Shown: in pieces, positions 36,563-64,000 of the stretch
How the letters are laid out: each line of letters starts with the position of its first letter
How positions within the stretch are numbered: position 1 is the stretch's first letter
Source of the DNA: Enoplolaimus lenunculus
Taxonomy: Eukaryota
Reading direction: 5' to 3'
NCBI GenBank assembly: GCA_030248215.1
Contig: JASANG010002365.1
Span: forward strand, 248,001-312,000
DNA: 64,000 nucleotides
Position numbers and translations under genes: made by a program
Notes under the pieces: model-generated
Database searches by the model: none
What the model saw: the letters and a program-made list of their open reading frames with translations, nothing else
Told to the model about the DNA's origin: nothing

Positions 36563-37062
36563 TTATACCAGCTCAAAATATATGTATATACCATAAGAAA
36601 ATAGTGAAATGTCTACGAGTATACTAAGAACGTACGGCTAAGGGTGACGTCACATTTGTCGTGTGGTGCTGTCCGTCGCCATCCGTCACCGTGCGTCAAA
36701 GTTCGTCACTGGACGGTATTGTACTTGAGTATAATTCGCGTACGATACCGCACGGTGACGGACTGGGGCGAACGTCGACGGACGACAACAGACGGCGACA
36801 GATGGCACCGGAAGGCACTGTTTGTTTTGTTGATTACCAAACAATTGTGATAAAGTTTGAAAAAAATGTTGATTAAAAAACCAGTGCAGGAGCACACAGG
36901 AGTGAGGGCTCCCCTCAAATTTTACAGTTGGGCCCCCTAAACTCGCTAGCAAGAAGCCAGACGCACTTTAAAACTTCGACTGTTTTTGTTTCAACCGGTT
37001 AGGGTGGGAGTTCCTTTAGGGGTGGGCCCCCCAAATGAGGGGTATGGGGTTGGCTGCTCCAG

Positions 37063-37496
37063 TCCTCGCGACTTACAGTTTTTCAATTTTAAACAACTCC
37101 AGATATACCACTCTATTCATAGTTCACAGGTTTGCGGTAAATCTTCAACTGTTGTTCTGTTGGAGATGGAATCGGTTTAACTTTATTTACCGCAGGCAAT
37201 CAAAACATGACATCGGCGTTAAATATTAATGTTTTGTAATCCATTAAAATGTGGCCAATGTAAAGAACAGGGGCGGAACTCCTCGCGACTTACAGTTTTT
37301 CAATTTTAAACAACTCCAGATATACGACTCTATTCATAGTTCACAGGTTTGCGGTAAATCTTCAACTGTTGTTCTGTTGGAGATGGAATCGGTTTAACTT
37401 TATTTACCGCAGGCAATCAAAACATGACATCGGCGTTAAATATTAATGTTTTGTAATCCATTAAAATGTGGCCAATGTAAAGAACAGGGGCGGAAC
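37063..37496. repeat. Near-perfect 217-bp tandem duplication
   Basis: 37063-37279 repeated at 37280-37496; one visible substitution (TATACCAC vs TATACGAC). Confidence 0.95.
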
Positions 37497-38036
37497 AGTA
37501 TTACAAGCATGTTACTAAGTCAATATACCTAAGCCTAAGCGTAAGAAAACGCATATTCCTAAGCCTAGGCCTAAGCCAAGCAAAAAATAGGCTAAAGCTT
37601 AAGGTTACTTAACTATACCCACAGAACGTTGCGTTTAATGTTTTGTAATCCGTTAAAATGTATAAAAATACTATGGTCAAGCGGTTACACTCATTTTGTC
37701 CGTTGGCTGGTGTTCAATGTCTAACAAACTGGACATTTTAAAGTTTCCGGTTTCTGTCAGAAAAACTATAGATGCATCAAATTTTCGTAAAATTTTGGCT
37801 AATAGGCCTTACAAATCTTAGAAAGCCCGGTGAATATTTGCAAGCCACAATTGTACTAACACAAAAAACATCTTTGACAATTTTACACTTCAATGTCAGT
37901 ATTCCGATTCTGTTATTATGGCTCACGATCCGTTTACATCCGGTTCACAAGTAATCAATCAGCTCAGAAAACTCCATTTGAATCTGTGACAATTTATTAA
38001 ATATTGTCAAATCCTATAGAACAAAATAGATGGAAT

Positions 38037-38223
38037 GATCCATGTAAAGATAAGCGACGGAACGTTTTTCTATGGGAGTAGAAGAGGAAGCTTAAGCTTT
38101 AGACTAGTTTTTGCTTGGCTTAGGCTTTAAGCTTAGAAATATGTTCATTCTTACCCTTTGTTTTATGTTTAGGCTTAGGAATACGCTTATAATACTGTTC
38201 CGCCCCTGTTCTTTACATTGGCC
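38037..38223. mobile_element. TTAGGC-bearing MITE
   Basis: TSD GATGGAAT/GATAGAAT; GATCCATGTAAAGA..TCTTTACATTGGCC. Confidence 0.8.
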
Positions 38224-40212
38224 GATAGAATTATGACATCATTATCACCGAGTGACATCATTCCATGCACTCATGCTGTTTCTGGCCCATGTTTCATTCG
38301 CGTGCATATTCGTCTTCGAAATATTAACTCGAAATTTTGCCAATATACGCACAATCATGAATTAAACTTTGAGCGTTGTAAAAAATCGCATTCTTTTCAA
38401 ATTCTCATAGCAATTCTAGTTATTTCGTAACTTATTTTTACTTTGACGATTTTCTAGTTATCATTCTTCACAAACAAAAGGAATATTGGTTGATTTGATC
38501 TCGTCATAATACTTGCAACTTGTGCTGTGTAGAGTCGAAGCGTGCAAAATTTTTTTCAAATTTACCTTGAAAAACACAAACGTGGACACTATTAATAAAA
38601 CATGGCCCCAATGAGGCACACTTTAATATATCTGAGAAGCGCAACCATGCAAATAAAACAATTTTCACACTTCATGAGTGGTTTTCAAAATATGACAAGC
38701 TATAACCCCATGGGGGGTGAAGTGGCGCTCACGTTATAACTGGGGCAACCTGGAACACGTTTTGTTCCTATTGCAATAGCGGGCAACATTTTGTTTGCTC
38801 GTTAATCCGCTATCAAATTCAAAAAATTTGAACTGTCTGCTATCCTGATGTGACATTCACTGTTTGTACTGCCATATTATATATTTCATATATTGTCTGC
38901 CATTATCATATGACGTTTGAAAATGTCTGCACGGTTGTGGTAAATTAGCCTCAACGTCCTGTAGCGTATATGATACCAAAATTTAAAGTTTGATTTATTT
39001 GCACCTAGGAATATATTTTGACAAAATTTCCGCCTGAAACGGAAACATATATAGAAACGAATTCAGTATTTATCTGACTTTTCATAATATAGTATGTACA
39101 AATTACACTGTCCTATATAATATAAATTTGATATTCAGTAGAATTTCGGAATATCGTATATTTCCATATATATGTTTTGCGGTATCATATGACATATGGC
39201 TGTTTGTACACGGAGTTGTACGACAATGTCGTGTGACATTCACATTTTGTTCGCATAACCGCTATTCAGATTACAATATTCCACGTTGACGTCCAATCAG
39301 CATGGGCAAAACGTGTTCTGTTGCCTCGGTTATATAAAACGCAAACCCCGCAATACCCTTACTGGTCCGTAACAGAGTCAAAGCAATAGAATGACTTAAA
39401 CTGCTCAAATATGTAACATACACTCAGACAACCCGCAAACTTTATTAAATCCACAAAAAGGTTAACGGATTTGGCAATCAACAAAAAACGCTTCGAAGCA
39501 AGTCAGTTTTATCCAAAAAAGAACATAAAAGAAAGGTATTAGGTCCAACTAACATTGGGTGAATTAAAAATAACACTACGTAACAGAATAACAGAGGGGT
39601 CGCATCCTTTTATTCGAGTCACTACAAATTTAGTTTACTTTGAAGAAGTACCGCCCCCCGTTATTCGGTTACGGACTATTTAAATCTACTTTCATGTCAG
39701 CCGCACCCATCAGCCTTCTTTATATTTCTTTATTCTGTGCCAATCGGACTTTCTCATAAGCATTTTTGTTGATTGTAATGTCCGTTAATATTTTTTCTGG
39801 AGTTAATAATGTTTATACGAGTTATCTGTGTGTCTGCACAATATTTAAGCAGCCTAAGAAATTTTTCCTTTGCTGTCGTTTATGGACTCTAATTAAGACC
39901 CAATTATTCGAGTCATTACAGTAGACCAAAGAAATAGAACTTGATAGCTCGTAGTTATAAAGGCGTCATAATGAACTACTACATACTAAAAGAACGTACC
40001 AAACACAATACATCACTTTTACACCATGCAATTACACGGTACATGGGAAAGTTAACGCAGACAATAAAAATAAGCACTGGAAAATAATGTGGAATGTATT
40101 AAAATAAAATAATAAACAAAAATATTGTTACTTATAATAGCAATGACAGAAAATTACAAACCAACACCGATTTGAAAAATATATTTCACCGAATGACATT
40201 TTGACAAAAACC

Positions 40213-40781
40213 TTTTAAATTTAAATCTTCCAATTAGATTTTTCAAAACTTTTAAATTTACATCTTCCAATTAGATTTTTCAAAACTTTTAAATTTACAT
40301 CTTCCAATTAGATTTTTCAAAACTTTTAAATTTACATCTTCCAATTAGATTTTTCAAAACTTTTAAATTTACATCTTCCAATTAGATTTTTCAAAACTTT
40401 TAAATTTACATCTTCCAATTAGATTTTTCAAAACTTTTAAATTTACATCTTCCAATTAGATTTTTCAAAACTTTTAAATTTACATCTTCCAATTAGATTT
40501 TTCAAAACTTTTAAATTTACATCTTCCAATTAGATTTTTCAAAACTTTTAAATTTACATCTTCCAATTAGATTTTTCAAAACTTTTAAATTTACATCTTC
40601 CAATTAGATTTTTCAAAACTTTTAAATTTACATCTTCCAATTAGATTTTTCAAAACTTTTAAATTTACATCTTCCAATTAGATTTTTCAAAACTTTTAAA
40701 TTTACATCTTCCAATTAGATTTTTCAAAACTTTTAAATTTACATCTTCCATTTAAAAAAACTTAAATTTACATCTTCCAAT
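40213..40781. repeat. 37-bp minisatellite, ~15 almost identical units
   Basis: Unit TTTTAAATTTACATCTTCCAATTAGATTTTTCAAAAC. Confidence 0.95.
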
Positions 40782-41408
40782 TTTACATTTTAGTTTGCAT
40801 TGCAGTAGTTGTTTCTATCTGCCATCAATAAACAATTCGCATTTGGACGATCTACCGTTTTAAATCGGTGTTCAGCACATAACATATTTATATGCTCACA
40901 TTATGCAACACAGTTTTGTTGCGGTCGTAGATCAGTAGACATCTCTGCAAACTTAACGAAGCCTAACACAGGACAGCAGGACCAAACACCGATTATCAGC
41001 TAAATATCAAATACAGTTTTTCCTGGCTGTAACTGTAAACCAAAACAACAACAATTTCAAAACTATTATTCAATTCCGCTAACGTTTCTGAAACCTTTGT
41101 CAAATATTGATTTATGTACTAAATATGTGTCAAAATATGAGATGCATACAATATCAAAAAGAATCAAATAATGCACAAAACGCATATTAACGTAGGCTAC
41201 GAACAATAAACAAAATATATTGAACAAATTTGACGATATAAACGACCAGATCGAAAGAAAAAGTAAATGTTAAGAGTCAAAATCACAGAAGATGTCGCTA
41301 AAATCACACGCACAAACTGTCACAGACATAATGGAATGAAGAGCACTGCGATAAAATAATAATTAGTATTTTAAACTGTGAAAAGTTATAAAATTACCTT
41401 CGCTTCAA

Positions 41409-41704
41409 CTCCATTCACACGTGCAAGTTTTTGCAGCAAAAACTTGCACGTAAAACTAGCATGTGCAAGTTTGGTCACAAAGCAGCTTTGAAGTTCTTGC
41501 GGCTGTAAATTATTCACTGGAATTCATGCTATTGAATTTAATTCGAACCTGTGAACGCAGTTGCATGTCGCTTGAATTTCTTGCACCTGCGTATTGATTG
41601 GTCAATCAAAATGTTCTTTTGAAAGTACAATTCTGCTGCAAGCATTTCGTACAAGCTGCAGCTGCGAGTTGTCGCTGCAAAAACTTGCACGTATGAATGG
41701 GGCC
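41409..41704. mobile_element. PIF/Harbinger-like palindromic MITE
   Basis: CCATTCACACGTGCAAGTTTTTGCAGC / GCTGCAAAAACTTGCACGTATGAATGGGGCC|TAA. Confidence 0.6.
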
Positions 41705-42803
41705 TAAATATATTAATCGAATTAAGACACGATATTATTATAGAAGAGATGTAGCCATTCGACGGGATGGTTTGGTTAGTTACCAATTGTAAAAGTTCCT
41801 AAAAACCTGGACAAAAATGTTAAAAGACGGCTTGACATCGAACTCAGCTACCAACGCTAATCAATATACACAACAGATCGAGCCAAAAACCAGAATAATT
41901 CGTTTCAAAGACGCTTAAGCGCAATAATGAAGCTAGCGTTGCGAATCTAATTGTAGCTAACGTACTTCAATGAAAATAATTACATTCCAGAGGAATTTGA
42001 CATTAAAACCTACATAGTACTCCGAAGCTTAACTATCGCAAATTCACAGCATCGGGATAATGTTTAGCGTAAACTGTAATTTGGAAAATCTCACGCACCT
42101 AAAATGTTGCTGCCAAAATGCAAAAAACAGTTTAGACTGCCATCATTTATGTAGAAGGGTTTAGCAACAAATATATATAATCTAACCGCGTTTCGCCCAA
42201 AATATATTACAGCTAAAATAATGTGCAGCGCATATATCATTGCTTTTACAAAATTTCACTTGTTCTATTCAAACATGAGCTTATAGCATGTGCTCTGCCG
42301 GTGCAGTGCCCTGAACGGCTAAGAAGAGTGGCGCTATACTTTTGATGGCGTCGCTACCGTCCAAACATACTATGTTACTGAATTACGAAACATAGTAATT
42401 ATTAAAATATGCTACATTCAGATATGCAGGTAATCTAACAAAACATCCACAAGATTTACATAATGCGAGACACCGAGTACATATTATGGTATGTACGTCA
42501 AAATTGTATTGAATATTACCTGTCGCCGTTATACCCAATACTCAACAAATAGTTGCCCATTAACACTGTCCGCTTCATCCTCGTGTCCGTTTACTTCTTT
42601 CCCAACGTAGAACACTGCAGCAGCCAAAATATTTCCGAAATATTGCACTGTTAATCCAAAGCTAATGCTCAAATTAAAAATGCTTTTTGCTACGCATCTA
42701 AATAATATACGGCTAACATCGATGTTAGGTCTTCTTACCAATGCCATAACCAGTAGTGCTATTTCGAAGCCAAACCTGCCATTTTAAGTCAACCTTCTAG
42801 CAC

Positions 42804-63492
<20,689 letters not shown>

Positions 63493-64000
63493 CTAAAATT
63501 AAATAAAATGAAATATTTTTCTGTTTTCATATCCCAAACTACTCAACGATACGCGTCTATAGACCATAATACAAATGTATTCGACTCAAATCACATATCC
63601 TCAAGCTTCAACATTGTGACACCCTTGACATACCATCGAAACCTTAACTTGTATTAGCGAAACAAAACATCTTGTAATCCTCAGAATAGACTCCAGTGAA
63701 ATATATCGTTAAATAGTAGGGTTCCAATAGCAAATATGTTTTCCCGGAACAGAAACATGAACAGGAATTGAATTTGTTTGCAGGAACCGCAACAAGAACA
63801 GGAACCGGAATTTGAAACTGTTGGATTTTACAAAACTTGCCAGCAAGCGGCTTAAAAGAATTTTCCCGCTATTTCATCATCAACTTTTGCGAAAACATAT
63901 CAGGAACAGTTTAGTAACAAAATTGAATTTATTGCAAAAACATTAATTTCGACATAAAAATGTTTCAAAAGACAAGTTTCCAACATTTAAATATTATTTC

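Noticed and set aside
40213..40781. 37-bp repeat array as a CRISPR array
   Set aside because: Units are head-to-tail with no unique spacers, there are no cas genes, and the context is eukaryotic

Overview
Intron-rich, AT-rich animal genomic DNA, most likely a nematode (degenerate TTAGGC repeats, short TTT[C/T]AG acceptors). I assembled four protein-coding genes by hand from GT-AG exons. (1) Beta-catenin/armadillo, +, ~3339-11469, with two candidate microexons. (2) A single-exon OXLD1-like gene, -, 15899-16321. (3) A two-pore-domain K+ channel (TWK/K2P), +, 22372-36562, predicted at ~1559 aa because it splices in frame into a 2.9-kb terminal exon encoding a disordered tail rich in QT motifs. 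(4) Tomosyn/STXBP5, -, 42804 to beyond the window end, whose hypervariable loop appears to come from a mutually exclusive 2056-nt versus 112-nt exon pair. Introns and intergenic DNA hold many non-autonomous elements: hAT-, piggyBac-, CMC/EnSpm- and Harbinger-like MITEs, a telomere-repeat-carrying MITE with 8-bp TSDs, Helitrons and tRNA-derived repeats. There are also minisatellites and two near-perfect tandem duplications. The most notable observations are the putative multivalent LC8-binding K2P tail, the giant/small tomosyn exon switch, and a ~100-nt hairpin enclosing an 18-nt beta-catenin microexon with bulges at both splice sites. All gene models are manual and lack transcript support.
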